A stretch of DNA of 64,000 nt from an uncultured bacterium (lineage in GTDB: Bacteria; Verrucomicrobiota; Verrucomicrobiia; Limisphaerales; UBA8199). The DNA is taken from positions 480,001 to 544,000 of the forward strand of contig CAVVMW010000021.1 of assembly GCA_963749495.1 (NCBI GenBank). The letters run 5' to 3'. Of this stretch, positions 11,094 through 22,113 are shown piece after piece (within the stretch, counting starts at the first letter, position 1; each line of letters opens with the position of its first letter). Below the pieces are notes generated by a model, which was given only the letters and a program-made list of their open reading frames with translations, made no database searches and was not told where the DNA came from. The position numbers and the translations under genes are program-made.

Positions 11094-12281
11094 ATGAAAA
11101 TTCGCTCAACCTTTGCAGCCATTGGCACCTTTTCAGTCGTGGCCTCGACCGCCCTGGCGGCGGCCTCCGGCCCGAGATTTTACGGCAACGCCCCGGACGA
11201 CCACCATCCCTGGGCCGTTCACGACCCTAATCGGCCGCAGCCCGCGACCGTTGTGCCCGGCACCTTCAGCACGCTCGAGCAGCCTGGCAAACCGCCCTCC
11301 GACGCCGTCATCCTGTTCGACGGCACGGACCTCTCGAAATGGGAGTCCAGCAACGGCGGGCCCGCCAAGTGGGCCGTCAAAGACGGCATCATGGAGGTCG
11401 TCCCTCGCAGTGGCGAGATCCGCACCAAAGAGAAGTTTGGCGACTGCCAGCTCCATGTCGAATGGGCGGCGCCCAGAGAGGTCAAGGGCCACAGCCAGGA
11501 GCGCGGCAACAGCGGCGTCTTCCTGATGGGCATCGTGGAAATCCAAGTGCTCGACTCCTACAACAATGTCACCTACGCCGACGGCCATGCCGCCTCGGTC
11601 TATGGCGTCAACCCGCCCCTGGTCCTGCCGGTGCAGCCGCCGGGCGAATTCCAGGTCTATGACATCGTCTTCCGCCACCCGATTTACAAGGGCGGCCAGC
11701 AGGTTGACCCGGGCCATGTCACGGTCTTCGTCAACGGCGTCCTGGTCCAGGACCATACCGCCCTGGAGGGCCCCACCGGCCACATGACGCGCTCCAGGCC
11801 CCGGCCCTTCCCGGAAACAGGCCCCTTGGCCTTGCAGGACCACGGCAATCCCATGCGCTTCCGCAATATCTGGTATCGCCCGCTGCCGCCCAATTCCATT
11901 GAAGGCGGCACCGACGGCTACCTGACCACCGAGGCCACCATGGCCAAACGCAAGGAGCTAGCCACCTCCATCCGTCAGGATGCCGGCCAACTCGCCGACC
12001 CCAATCACCCCCTGAACGAAATGCTCCGCCGCATGGAATCCCTCGAATACGAGAAAGACGACGCCACCCTCCAAAAGGTCCAGGAAATGGCCGCCAAATA
12101 CGTCGACGACCTCAAGCAACTCTCTACCGCCCAACTCGACGCCCGCAAAGACGAGGTCCGCCAGGTGGACGGCGCCTTCAGGTTCCTGCTCCGTTTCAAG
12201 GCCATCTCCGCCGACTTCGCTCCGGCTGCCGACCTCAACAAACTCGTCAAGGCCCAGAATTGGGACAGGAAAAAGAAGTAG
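11094..12281 (+). CDS. DUF1080 (3-keto-disaccharide hydrolase-like) protein
   Basis: LFDGTDLSKW, GNSGVF, EIQVLDS, LQDHG, FRNIW. Confidence 0.88.
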   Translation: MKIRSTFAAIGTFSVVASTALAAASGPRFYGNAPDDHHPWAVHDPNRPQPATVVPGTFSTLEQPGKPPSDAVILFDGTDLSKWESSNGGPAKWAVKDGIMEVVPRSGEIRTKEKFGDCQLHVEWAAPREVKGHSQERGNSGVFLMGIVEIQVLDSYNNVTYADGHAASVYGVNPPLVLPVQPPGEFQVYDIVFRHPIYKGGQQVDPGHVTVFVNGVLVQDHTALEGPTGHMTRSRPRPFPETGPLALQDHGNPMRFRNIWYRPLPPNSIEGGTDGYLTTEATMAKRKELATSIRQDAGQLADPNHPLNEMLRRMESLEYEKDDATLQKVQEMAAKYVDDLKQLSTAQLDARKDEVRQVDGAFRFLLRFKAISADFAPAADLNKLVKAQNWDRKKK

Positions 12282-12309
12282 GCCCTTGCCAGTGATCGGT
12301 CGCCGCTTG

Positions 12310-12471
12310 CCCCTCACCCCGGCCCTCTCCCGCCCATGCGAGCATGGGCGGGGTGGGGCGAGGGAGGATCCACGCTCGTCGGTCGAAGACTCGGAGCGCG
12401 TAGGAGCTTGTGAGACCCATGCCTTGCTGCACCCTCTCCCCATCCGATGGGGAGAGGGCCGGGGTGAGGGG
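12310..12471. repeat. Palindromic element, family C
   Basis: CCCCTCACCCCGGCCCTCTCCC ... GGGAGAGGGCCGGGGTGAGGGG; relative at 40220-40389. Confidence 0.75.
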
Positions 12472-12528
12472 AAGACGGCGAGCGAACGAAAGCAGTTGCC
12501 AAGAACTCATCTGCGCCCCCTGTGGGGC

Positions 12529-12561
12529 CAATTTTCAATTTTCAATTTTCAATTTTCAATT
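12529..12561. repeat. Heptamer tandem repeat (CAATTTT)x4
   Basis: Read directly. Confidence 0.9.
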
Positions 12562-12638
12562 CGCTGTCCGGGGTCGTTATGCCCGCGCATGACCTCCAAG
12601 ACGTGGCTTCTCCGCGCACTCCCCCGCTCTCACGCTCC

Positions 12639-13886
12639 ATGCTCCTCCGCTACACAGTCCCCGCGTTCCTCACGCTCCTTGCGACCCTGGCCGCTTCTTC
12701 CGGCCAGGAGTGGACCCGGTTCCGCGGGCCCAACGGCTCGGGAATCAGCCCCGCCAAGACCATCCCCAGCGCCTGGACCGACAAGGACATCAATTGGAAA
12801 CTGCCGCTGCCCGGCCCCGGACATTCCTCGCCCGCCATCTGGGGCGACAAGGTTTTTCTGACGACCGGCGATGAACGGACCAACCAGATTTGGGTCCTAT
12901 GCGTCAGCGCCGGCCAGGGCCGCCCCCTCTGGCAGCAGGCCTTTGCGCTCTCCCCGTACCACCGGAATCCCTTCAACACTGTCGCCTCCGGCAGCCCCGC
13001 CGTCGATGAGCGCCGCGTCTATGCCTGCTGGACCACGCCCGAGCGCGTCACCCTCATTGCCTTCGATCACGATGGCCGGCGGGCCTGGGACCGGGACCTC
13101 GGCCCCTTCAAAAGCCAGCACGGCGGCGGCGCCTCACCCGTCCTCTGGCGCGACAAGGTCATCCTGGCAAACCAGCAGGACGGCCAGAGCTTCTGGCTCG
13201 CCCTCGATGCCGCCACCGGCCAGACCCTTTGGAAGACCCCGCGCAAGACCGCCGAGGCCGGCTACTCGACTCCCTGCCTCTACGGACCCGAATCGGCCAA
13301 ACCCAAGTTGATTTTCACCAGCCATTCGCACGGCATCTCCGGCGTTGACCCGGACAACGGCGCCGTGCTCTGGGAGTTGCCGGGCGTCTTCGACAAGCGC
13401 ATCGTCAGTTCCCCCATCCTGGCGGACGGCCTGATCATCGCCGCCTGCGGCAGCGGCGAGGGCGGCAACTACCTGGTGGCCGTCCGGCCGGGCGACCCCG
13501 CCTCACACCGCAAACCCGAACTGGCCTACACGATCCGCAAGGCCGCGCCGTACGTGCCCACCAGCCTTTGTGCGGGCGGGTCGCTCTTCCTGTGGGGCGA
13601 TGACGGCGTGGTCACCTGCCTGCGGGCCGCCTCGGGCGAGGTCAAATGGCAGGAGCGCCTCGGCAAGCATTTCTTCAGCTCACCCGTGTGCATCGATGGC
13701 CGCCTCTTTGGCGTCTCCACCGCCGGCGAGGTGTTCGTTCTGGCCGCTGCCGACCGCTTCCAGTTGCTGGCCCGCAACCCGCTGGGCGAAACCGTCCACA
13801 GCACCCCCGCCGTGGCCGGCGGCCGCCTCTACATCCACACCGCCAAACACCTCATCAGCATCGGCGGCCGCTCACCCATGGATTGA
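12639..13886 (+). CDS. PQQ-like beta-propeller (BamB-like) protein
   Basis: WTRFRGPNGSG, HSSPAIWGDKVF, repeated W...SSP blades; start uncertain. Confidence 0.85.
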   Translation: MLLRYTVPAFLTLLATLAASSGQEWTRFRGPNGSGISPAKTIPSAWTDKDINWKLPLPGPGHSSPAIWGDKVFLTTGDERTNQIWVLCVSAGQGRPLWQQAFALSPYHRNPFNTVASGSPAVDERRVYACWTTPERVTLIAFDHDGRRAWDRDLGPFKSQHGGGASPVLWRDKVILANQQDGQSFWLALDAATGQTLWKTPRKTAEAGYSTPCLYGPESAKPKLIFTSHSHGISGVDPDNGAVLWELPGVFDKRIVSSPILADGLIIAACGSGEGGNYLVAVRPGDPASHRKPELAYTIRKAAPYVPTSLCAGGSLFLWGDDGVVTCLRAASGEVKWQERLGKHFFSSPVCIDGRLFGVSTAGEVFVLAAADRFQLLARNPLGETVHSTPAVAGGRLYIHTAKHLISIGGRSPMD

Positions 13887-13954
13887 AAAAGAGAACCACA
13901 GAAGGAAACGGAGGAAACAAAGGGTTTCCGGGACATTGACCCTAAAAACGGCAG

Positions 13955-14090
13955 TTGTTGAACCGCAAAGAGCGCAGAGAACACAAAGATAAGCACTTAA
14001 AGACAAGATTGGCCTCACCCGTCAAAGGACGCGGGCAGATCATGACCCCATTGTTTCTCTGTGATCTTTGCGTTCTCTGTGGTTGAACTG
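13955..14090. repeat. Imperfect hairpin built from 9-mer-like units
   Basis: AACCGCAAAGAGCGCAGAGAACACAAAG ... CTCTGTGATCTTTGCGTTCTCTGTGGTT. Confidence 0.6.
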
Positions 14091-14101
14091 CTTTTCCCAT
14101 G

Positions 14102-14129
14102 TTGACAATCCCTCACCGCTCGCTACTAT
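14102..14129 (+). promoter_or_regulatory. sigma70 promoter of tRNA-Gly
   Basis: TTGACA-16 nt-TACTAT, 10 nt upstream of the tRNA. Confidence 0.75.
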
Positions 14130-14138
14130 TCCTCTTAG

Positions 14139-14213
<75 letters not shown>

Positions 14214-14275
14214 TTCCCAAATATGCTCGGTAAAATAAGGGTTTTCGTCAGTTTGCCTGCCGGGAATGGTGGCAG

Positions 14276-14295
14276 GTATAACACTCTGGTATAAC
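14276..14295 (+). promoter_or_regulatory. Putative integrase arm-type sites (left)
   Basis: GTATAAC-N6-GTATAAC; same pair and spacing at 24407-24426. Confidence 0.65.
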
Positions 14296-14339
14296 AAGGC
14301 CAAGACCGTTCAACCTTGTTCAAGGGCGGCGGGAAAGTG

Positions 14340-14394
14340 TTGACCTGCCGTTGCCGGCGCTTTAGTTTGGAAGTGCATCGCACGATGCGGAAGC
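14340..14394 (+). promoter_or_regulatory. TA1 promoter and operator
   Basis: TTGACC-17 nt-TAGTTT followed by palindrome GCATC-N4-GATGC; near-identical at 25472-25526. Confidence 0.7.
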
Positions 14395-14643
14395 ATGAGC
14401 ACCAGCGCGCAAGAAGTTATTGAGCGGTTCAAGGCACTGCCGGCAGGCGAGCGCATCGAAGTGTTGAAGAAAACACTCCCGGCCTTCTCCCCGCAAAACG
14501 CCAAGGCGGTTGAGCGGTTGCTTCGGCGGTTGGAAAACCCGGACATTCCCGAAGACGTGTGGAGGGGGATTGAAGACGCGGAAGATGGCCGCTTTGTGGA
14601 TATGGAAACGGCGCTGACACAAAAGCCCCCGTGGGTCGAGTGA
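14395..14643 (+). CDS. Putative antitoxin (TA1)
   Basis: 82 aa MSTSAQEVIERFKALP...DAEDGRFVD; overlaps the toxin start; two paralogues downstream. Confidence 0.75.
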   Translation: MSTSAQEVIERFKALPAGERIEVLKKTLPAFSPQNAKAVERLLRRLENPDIPEDVWRGIEDAEDGRFVDMETALTQKPPWVE

Positions 14644-14915
14644 ATTACCGATTCCACGCGACCGAAACCTTTTGGGAGAACTTCTACCGATTGCCGGCCT
14701 CGCAAAAGGACTCGGCGCGCAAGGCCTGGCAAATCTTCAAGCGGAACCCCTTTGACGCGCGTTTGCGGACGCACAAAATCCACCGGCTTTCGGCCTTGAT
14801 GCGTCGGACCGTCCACGCCGCCGTGATCGAGGGCGACTTGCGGGCGGTGTTCTACATCGAAGGTGACGCTGTGATTTCGTTCAACATCGGAACTCACGAC
14901 CTTTACCGAGGGTGA
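14640..14915 (+). CDS. RelE/ParE-superfamily toxin (TA1)
   Basis: NPFDARLRTHKI, GDLRAVF, C-terminal IGTHDLY; GTGA overlap with the antitoxin. Confidence 0.8.
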   Translation: MNYRFHATETFWENFYRLPASQKDSARKAWQIFKRNPFDARLRTHKIHRLSALMRRTVHAAVIEGDLRAVFYIEGDAVISFNIGTHDLYRG

Positions 14916-15644
14916 ACAGCGCGCCGCGTCCCGGCCCTGAGCGCCCGGCGGCGATGCCGAAATACCGCCCTGCGCCGTCCGATGCCTGCCAGGGCCATTC
15001 CGGCAACGATGGACGCCCCTGTAGCCTCGGGGGGTGTCTGGACAGCGGAAGCCCGAAACGGAGGCGCCAGAAGCCGTGCAGCAAGGCGCCACGCAGCAAG
15101 ACGGGCCATCCTGGCGAGACTGGCCACTCTCGCGCGGTCTTGTGAGCGGCGCGCGGTTCTGGTCCGGTGGGCAGGCGCTCGTTGGGCGTGGCTCTCACCC
15201 CGCCGACGTGATTCGCGGGACCCATAGTCGGGGGGGCGCCGAGGGCCATCCGGCGGCGGTTTTACGCGCAACGCGCCAATGGGACCCCTTTTCCCTGGCC
15301 GCCGTGGATGAGAAGAGCGAGGGGCGGGGCACCTTTGGGGGTGGCCGTGCGGCATGTGCGCGACACATGACGTGGCCCTTCTCGATCCCAGGGCGCCGGG
15401 GGGTTCTTGCGGGGAGCCGCAGATTTGCGCTGCCCCCCCCCCGCCAAAGCACACGCTCGTCCTTGATTTGCTCCTGCGCTCCCTTTCAGCCTGCGCCAGT
15501 CGGGGGCCGCTCTGGGGCCGGGCACGCCGGTTGCATCTTCCGAAGGCAAGTGTGGCCCAACCTGGCCACTTTGGGAGTTGACAATCCGGCAGATTAGACA
15601 TTGGATTCGGGGGACAACTGAATTTGCGTAAGCAGGGTTACGGT

Positions 15645-15752
15645 CGAACGGAAAACCGCGAATTTTTCATTCTCAAGACCAACCCAGGCACGCGCCCAAT
15701 CGGGCGCGGCTTGGCGTATTCTTGAGAAGGCGCTTCGCGGTGCCTCCGTTCG
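15645..15752 (+). ncRNA. Candidate structured RNA/leader (long nested hairpin)
   Basis: Nested pairs CGAACGGA/TCCGTTCG, ACCGCGAA/TTCGCGGT, TTCTCAAGA/TCTTGAGAA, CGCGCCC/GGGCGCG. Confidence 0.5.
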
Positions 15753-15920
15753 GGTGCGTCAGGTTCGCGCCCCTCCTTGGGAGTCCTTTCCGTAATCCTC
15801 TGGTCCGGTTTGTTTGGCTATGAGGCTGGCAGTTCTCACGCAGTCGGTGCTACGTCCAGAAGGCAGCGGATGCTGCCGAGGATTTCCGCACTCCGGCTTC
15901 AAGACCTAGAAAGGAATCCA

Positions 15921-18386
15921 ATGAGCAGCGTCAACGACACCCGAAGCCTACCTGTGGTTTTCAGCCTCAGCCTCTGCCTCTCCTTGCCTGCACCAAGCGC
16001 AAGACGGCGGAAGGTTGCCCAATTTGCGGCGGAACTCCTGCCGCTGAGCAGAGTTAGGAAGATAGTCTTAGGAGCCGCCATCGCAATGGCGCTTGCAGCG
16101 GGGACGCTGCCGGGGCTATGCAGCATGTACAACGCCGAATTTGCCGATGGAACGGTTATTTCTATCGAGGCGGACCGCCAGCCCACGCCGGAGGAACTCG
16201 ATAAGGAATATGTTAGAATGAAAGGCTCCGGCGGTCCCCTCCGCCAGGTGCTCGCCTGCGTCCCTGGCGTGAGAATGAGGTTGCCTCCGGGCTGGCACCA
16301 TATCGAGGGAGCCACTCTCGACAAAGCGGCGAAAGAACTGGCAGCGACGCTGCCAAAAGCGAGCTTCACGGGGCAGCGGGTGGTTGCCGCGTTCCAGCCT
16401 GAGTCAAATGGGTCGGAGATCGGATTCCCCAGGGTTATTGTGATTCTCAACCAGACTGCGAAGCTGTCGGAGCGCGAATTGGAAGAAACGGCTCGAATGG
16501 GCGCGGAGATTCAGAGGGGCGCAGACCACACACTTGCAGGGAACGCTTTGGGAGCGTCGGCGAAGCTGGAGGGCGTGAGTTACGATGACCAACACCATTG
16601 TGTGGTTGCCCGTGGTCTCGTGTCAGTTCCTGGGGGCGGCATTAGGCGGGAGTTAAACGCGATGTTCGCCGCGGATACTGGCCTTGTCACATTTCACTTC
16701 TCTTGGCTGGAAAAGGATTATGACGACTACGCCCACTTGGTTTACCCGATGATTGACGGGATTGAGGTTGCGCGATCTGTCAACGATGGGACAGCGACGC
16801 CGGAGGAGCCGCCCGGGCGAATCCCTCCAACGCCCGGGGTCGCTGCCGGTAACTTCCCAGGGGACAAAGCTCCTTTCGCGTGCCTGCTGTTCCTCGTGAT
16901 CGCGGCGGTTTGGTCGCTGACGGCGTACTTCCTCGGCGCTCGCCGCGCAGGCGGGAGCACGAAGCAGGAGACTCGACCAGTGGTGAATCGAGCGGAGGGT
17001 GCGCCAAGCGCGCGCGGAGCATTAGCTGCGGCGGTGAGGACAGCGCAGGGGCAGATACGGGTGGCTTGGATAGCGGGAGCTGTGAAAGGGACCTGGGCGC
17101 TCTGCCTGATTCTCTACTCCGTCATCATCGAACCGATTGCCGGGTTCGGCCTTGAGGGGCTGACTGACGTGGCACTGGTTTTCGGGCTCAGCCTTGGGAT
17201 TTACATGAGGAGTCGGACGTGTGCAGTACTTATGGTCGGTTACTGCCTTGTGTGCGTTGGCCTCAGCATCCAGTATTTTGGATCGGAGCGGAGCCTTGGC
17301 GGTGGGTGGTTGTGGGTCTTGTTGCTGGTGTTCTTCATTCCCGGGGTGCGCGGGGCATTTGCTTACCACAGATTGGTGGGGCAGCGGGAGCCGGCACCGG
17401 TTGCGGAGGCGGTGGCGTCCGATCAGTCGAGGACTGGCGCCGGGCCTTCCGCCGGCCTGGCGTCGGCAACGGCTCCGGCAGCAGTGGGACCATCCCGCCC
17501 GCCCGTGCTGCCAAGCGTGGCGTTGTACCTCTACCTGAACGGAGAGACGAAGGGACCTTTCTCGACCGATCAGATTGCGGCTCTGCTTTCCGTGGGCGCC
17601 GCTACGCAGGACACGCCCTGCTGCCATGACGGCGCCGAGAAGTGGTTGATTGTGGCGGCCTACCTTCCATGCGCGATGCGCGCGGCGGCAACCCCGCCTG
17701 GTGAGGATCGGCAACCGGGTCCTACAAGCGAACTGAAAGCAGCCTGCCCCAGTTGTGGCCAGCGCGTCTCCTTCCCCTCAGACGCGCTTGGCGAGTTGGC
17801 GTCCTGCCCAACGTGCGGGGTCCGGATGGAGTTGGCCCGTGACACAGATTTGACACACGAAATGCCCGAATCCGCCGAGGCGTATGACAGCGGAAGCTCC
17901 GGCAGTGCCGTAATTGCAGCGACAGACGAAGACCAAAAACGACGGAGTTGGGGGGACGGTGGCACACAATCCGGTGGCGCCCACCCGCCGTCCACGATAC
18001 CCGCTAGGTGGGAGACGGGCGATAGATCACCGCCAAGCCAAATCCTCAAAGACCCGCTCCAGCAGGCGCATGGGGGCCGCAAGCACATCCTCCCTTCCCT
18101 CGTGTTTGACCTTGGCCTGCCCAAAGCCCCTGCGCCGGAACAGAAGAAGCCTGGCGGCAGCAGCGGGGAAGCAGCGCCTTCTTCTCCGGCCGAGTCGGCG
18201 CCTTCTGCTGCCGCGCAGGAACCCATGAAGGCCAGGTGCCCCGCCTGCCGAACGACCTTCGAGTTTCCTGAGCGCGAGATCGGTCGCGGGTGGATTTGTC
18301 CCAATTGCGGGCGGCCCGTCACTCTCAGAGATTCAAGTGCGCCCCGGATGAAGCGGGTGGTTGAATGGATCAAGCGCGAGCTTTAG
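15921..18386 (+). CDS. Multi-domain membrane cargo protein with GYF_2/DUF4339-like domain and two zinc ribbons
   Basis: Several TM segments; YLYLNGETKGPFS...W; CPSC..CPTC and CPAC..CPNC; start uncertain. Confidence 0.65.
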   Translation: MSSVNDTRSLPVVFSLSLCLSLPAPSARRRKVAQFAAELLPLSRVRKIVLGAAIAMALAAGTLPGLCSMYNAEFADGTVISIEADRQPTPEELDKEYVRMKGSGGPLRQVLACVPGVRMRLPPGWHHIEGATLDKAAKELAATLPKASFTGQRVVAAFQPESNGSEIGFPRVIVILNQTAKLSERELEETARMGAEIQRGADHTLAGNALGASAKLEGVSYDDQHHCVVARGLVSVPGGGIRRELNAMFAADTGLVTFHFSWLEKDYDDYAHLVYPMIDGIEVARSVNDGTATPEEPPGRIPPTPGVAAGNFPGDKAPFACLLFLVIAAVWSLTAYFLGARRAGGSTKQETRPVVNRAEGAPSARGALAAAVRTAQGQIRVAWIAGAVKGTWALCLILYSVIIEPIAGFGLEGLTDVALVFGLSLGIYMRSRTCAVLMVGYCLVCVGLSIQYFGSERSLGGGWLWVLLLVFFIPGVRGAFAYHRLVGQREPAPVAEAVASDQSRTGAGPSAGLASATAPAAVGPSRPPVLPSVALYLYLNGETKGPFSTDQIAALLSVGAATQDTPCCHDGAEKWLIVAAYLPCAMRAAATPPGEDRQPGPTSELKAACPSCGQRVSFPSDALGELASCPTCGVRMELARDTDLTHEMPESAEAYDSGSSGSAVIAATDEDQKRRSWGDGGTQSGGAHPPSTIPARWETGDRSPPSQILKDPLQQAHGGRKHILPSLVFDLGLPKAPAPEQKKPGGSSGEAAPSSPAESAPSAAAQEPMKARCPACRTTFEFPEREIGRGWICPNCGRPVTLRDSSAPRMKRVVEWIKREL

Positions 18387-18669
18387 GACTTTCTGAGGCG
18401 AGGCGCACGGGATTGCGCCGCGGACCAAAGGAAACTGCCCCGTTCTGCTTTCCGGCGAGACAGCCTCAAGGCTGGCGGAAGAGACCCAGAACAACGAGGC
18501 TTCCCCCGGCTCGCCCTCGGCTCTCTCCGGGGCTGCAAGCCGGTTTGCCCAATAATTCTGGGATCGAGAAGCCGGAGGTATCAGCCTGCCCGCGACCGGG
18601 GCGTGCCCACGTTGCTCACCCACGAAAATTAGGCTGGCGCTGTAGCCGGGCCGACGCTATCCAGGCGTC

Positions 18670-19011
18670 ATGAACCAAACCCCATCAAATCCGCCTACGG
18701 GCGGAAACAACCTAGCAAACCGTATCGCAGATCTTGAGCATGCGGTGAAGCTCCTCCTCAAAGTCACGGCGGATCAGCATGTCCTCACGATCCGACTGAT
18801 GGCGCACCAGCAGGCGCACCTTGCCGCGATGCGCAACCTCCTCGTCCGGTTGGGTGAGGATCGGACCATGCTCGGTCAACGGCTTCAAGCAGCGTACGAA
18901 ACCGCCGCGAATCTCTATCACGACCAACTCGAAGCGTACATCGCAACTGGTGATATAAAGAGCTTTGTAGCGTCTCAGGTTTTCCCGCCTGACGAGACCC
19001 TTGGCAATTAA
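18670..19011 (+). CDS. Hypothetical protein
   Basis: 113-aa ATG ORF with helical, protein-like composition. Confidence 0.55.
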   Translation: MNQTPSNPPTGGNNLANRIADLEHAVKLLLKVTADQHVLTIRLMAHQQAHLAAMRNLLVRLGEDRTMLGQRLQAAYETAANLYHDQLEAYIATGDIKSFVASQVFPPDETLGN

Positions 19012-20001
19012 GAGCGTTCATGCCCATAGCGCAACTGTTTCGTCAACTCATCCGGTGAAGTATTTGCGCTATCGCCGCGTTCACGATCTTTGTGGGCCTG
19101 ACTCGGCCCGGCGTCCGGGGACGGCACCCGCGATGGCGACAGAGTCCCTCGGCTGCGACCCCAGGCACCGGGCCGATGACCTGGGGTGTATGGCCTTAAC
19201 GCGGCCAGTGAGATGGAGAGCCCTCAGCGAAGGCCGGCGCCGACGGCCACCAGAAAAGCCCGTTTCCTACCGAGACTCGCCCAAATCCCAGGCGGGGTAG
19301 GAGTTACCGAACACCTTAGGCCACGCGTCGGGCGCCACTTGACCACAGGGCGGGTTCTGTGCATACTGGACGTATGTTCAATAGCGAAACCGCCTCGCTT
19401 TATGGTGCGAAAGGGAATGCCAAGCCCGGCCGCCGCCGTGGCCCTACCCCGTCTCAGGAAGTGCGCCGGCTGCGGGACATCCAGGACCTTGTTTTTACCG
19501 CCATCCGCGCTTACGAGCCCCTCGTTGCGAACGCGGGGGCGCAGGCCAATTGTCACGTAGCCGATGGGGCCAAAACGACGGATAACCGCGCTTCTCCACC
19601 GGTTCCCCCCTCGCGCGCGACGACGCCAGGTCGTTCGTCGAGCTTGTCCGCGCCTACGACGGCCTCCAGGAGCGGATTCGGGTGAGGGCTATGCGCCCAG
19701 CGCCAGCCGCACTGAAGGTCGAGGTGGTCAAGCCCAAGCGCCGCAAGATCGCCCGAGACTGGACACCGCCAGTGGTATCAGGACCGGCTGGTTCATGCCG
19801 CGCTGCTGGCGCCCTTGCCTGAATCGTTTCTCACGCGCTCGGCCGGCGGCGCCACGGGGCGGACGATCTCGGCTCGAAAGCCAAAGCCACGCAGCGCGAC
19901 TTTGAGCAGGGCGCGCAGCCGTTGGACGGGACCGGTCCGCCAGTGGCCGGGCACTGCCCGGAGTATCAGAACGTACGTGTCGCCCGTCTGGCGCTCCTCC
20001 G

Positions 20002-20096
20002 GCACTCTGCCACTGCCATACCCTAAAGGGATATGGCAGAGTGGCGGTGCCTCTGTGCCAAATGCGGATTTGGCAGAATTGGCAGAATTGGCAGAG
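20002..20096. other. Putative replication origin/iterons of the element
   Basis: TGCCATA-CCCTAAAGGG-ATATGGCA palindrome and (TTGGCAGAA)x3 immediately downstream of the primase-helicase stop. Confidence 0.55.
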
Positions 20097-20102
20097 CTCA
20101 GT

Positions 20103-21893
20103 TTACTCATGCTTTTGGATGACGGGTTGCCACTTACCGCCAACCTTGCTTTTCAGGACCCTCCCGCCGGCGAGAAGCTCCCTACGGAGCCGGTAAAACG
20201 TGCGCTCAGACATGCCGTGCTCCTCACGGGCGGCTTTAATCCAGTCTTTGTTCTTCAGCCCCTTTGCTGGCAGGACTTCGAGCAGGGCTTGGGCCTCATG
20301 CTCCGGCTTCTTCCCGCCAGCCTGCTTTAGATCCTCGGGGTTCAGGTGCTCGGAGACCTTCATCAGCGGGAAGGCCCACTCGACAACGAAAGGTGGTTGC
20401 TCCGGCAGGTTGCGCAGAATCAGGTCCACGGTGAAAGCGCCCTCGACCTTGTGTTTCGTCAGCGTGATGATGGTGTCGGCGTCGCGTGTCCAAACGCCGC
20501 TGCCGCCGATTCGGTCAATCGCTTCCTTGCCGGCCTGGTTGCCTTTGGAAAAGTGAGCGGCGTAAAAGACAGCGGCGCCGGTCTCGACCGCCAGGCGCTC
20601 AATCTCGTTGCACAACTCCCCAATGTCGCCAGCGGAGTTTTCGTCCCGCCCGCCAAGGCCCTTGTAAATCGGATCCACGACGATCAACACGTAGGCGCCG
20701 GTCTGGATTCTGGCGAGCAGCCTCGGAAGCAGCGTCCCAAGCGCCGCGCCATGCCCGCGCAGCGTCCAAACGTCAAGGTTGCCGATGGCCTCGATTCCCT
20801 TTGCCTCGCACAAACGCTTGATGCGCGCACGGATGAAGGCACGCGGGATCTCGAAATTGATGCAGAGAACGCGGCCCTTGAGCGTCTCGAATTTCCACCA
20901 CGGCAGCCCGGCTGCAACGCTCGTTGCAAGGTCGAGCAAGATCCAGGTCTTCCGGGCCTTGCTGCTGCTCCCCAGGACGGCCTTTAGTCCCTGGTGCAAG
21001 ACGGCCTTGATAATCTCCGGTGGGAGGGTAGCCGTCTCATCGGCCAGGAGCGCAGCGGCATTGTCTATCGGCGGCAGGGTTGATTCAGAGCAGGCTTGAT
21101 CTGCCGGGGTCCATTCGGGCGCGCCTTGGACCAGATCGTCCAGATCGGCAGGCTGCCCGCCGGCAGCGAAAAAGTCGGCGGCATCCTTAACCGGCTTGCC
21201 GTCAACGTCCGGGAGTTCGATCACCTTCACGCTGCCGGCAGTCCCCTGGAGCTTGGCGGCCACGAATGCAGCGTGTCTGCGGCCCGCCTTGTCCTTGTCC
21301 GCGACGACAACAACCTCGGCGCCGCGCAGCGGTTCGGACATTGAATCCGGCCACTTGGAATCGTCTGGCGTGGACAGGGCGCCGCCCGCGTTGCACGTTC
21401 CGACGAAGCCGGCCTTTCGCATCGCCTCAACGTCCTTCTCACCCTCGACTACCCAAACGGGCCTGCCATCCTTCACGGCTGCGATCAGCTCCGGCAAGCG
21501 AAACAGGACACGGAGGACACCCTTGACGCTCCAGGTCCATCCGCCCTTGGCGGTGGGGTCCGGGCGCCGTTGGCGGAAATCCTTGGGGTCGAGTCGGCAA
21601 ACCTGATAGAGCAGCTTCCCGGTTTCGTCCTGGTAATCGTAGGTGGCAACGATATTGAGCTTGCCGTTGCGCTGCGGCTTGTCGGCGTACAGGTCCACCA
21701 TAGTCAAGCCCATGGCGGCCACGATGGCCTCGGGGGTGCTCCCGCCGAAATCGTGTAGCAAGATGCGTCCGTCTTTGCCCTCGGTGATGCTCATGCTGGG
21801 CGACTTGTCTGCGCGGCCAGGGCATAGGGCCATCCATCCCGAGGGGGTCTTGGTGACGCCTGAGAGTCAACACAAGAAGCCGGCAACAGTCAT
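20103..21893 (-). CDS. Primase (Toprim)-AAA_25/RepA helicase fusion; in-frame TGA at 21867-21869 after the likely start
   Basis: VVEGEKDV and ADKDKAG Toprim motifs, Walker A-like GSSKARKT, IVVDP, HFSKG, GSG; frame extends upstream as MTVAGFLC*LSGVTKTPSGWMALCP. Confidence 0.85.
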
Positions 21894-22113
21894 GGTCGAG
21901 TCCTCCTGCTGGCCCGGTGCTCCTCGATCACCTCCAACCGCAGGTCCAGCACCATCGAGAGCAGCCGGTCACGCTGATCCCACGGCTCCGTCTGACGGGG
22001 CTTGGCGCCGGGGCGGCAAGTGCGCTTGACGGCGGGGCGGGGCGGCGCTACTGTACGCCCATTCATTACCGCCGTCGTGCCCTTGCCGGGGCCAGCGCGT
22101 ACTTCGGTGGCGC

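Noticed and set aside
19359..19822. Small terminase-like gene in the satellite
   Set aside because: Only a weak N-terminal resemblance, and it needs a frameshift; not supportable without a profile search.
21867..21869. TGA recoding (selenocysteine or readthrough) in the primase
   Set aside because: Fits the CGAC->CAAC pattern (CGA Arg); TGA is an ordinary stop elsewhere in the window.
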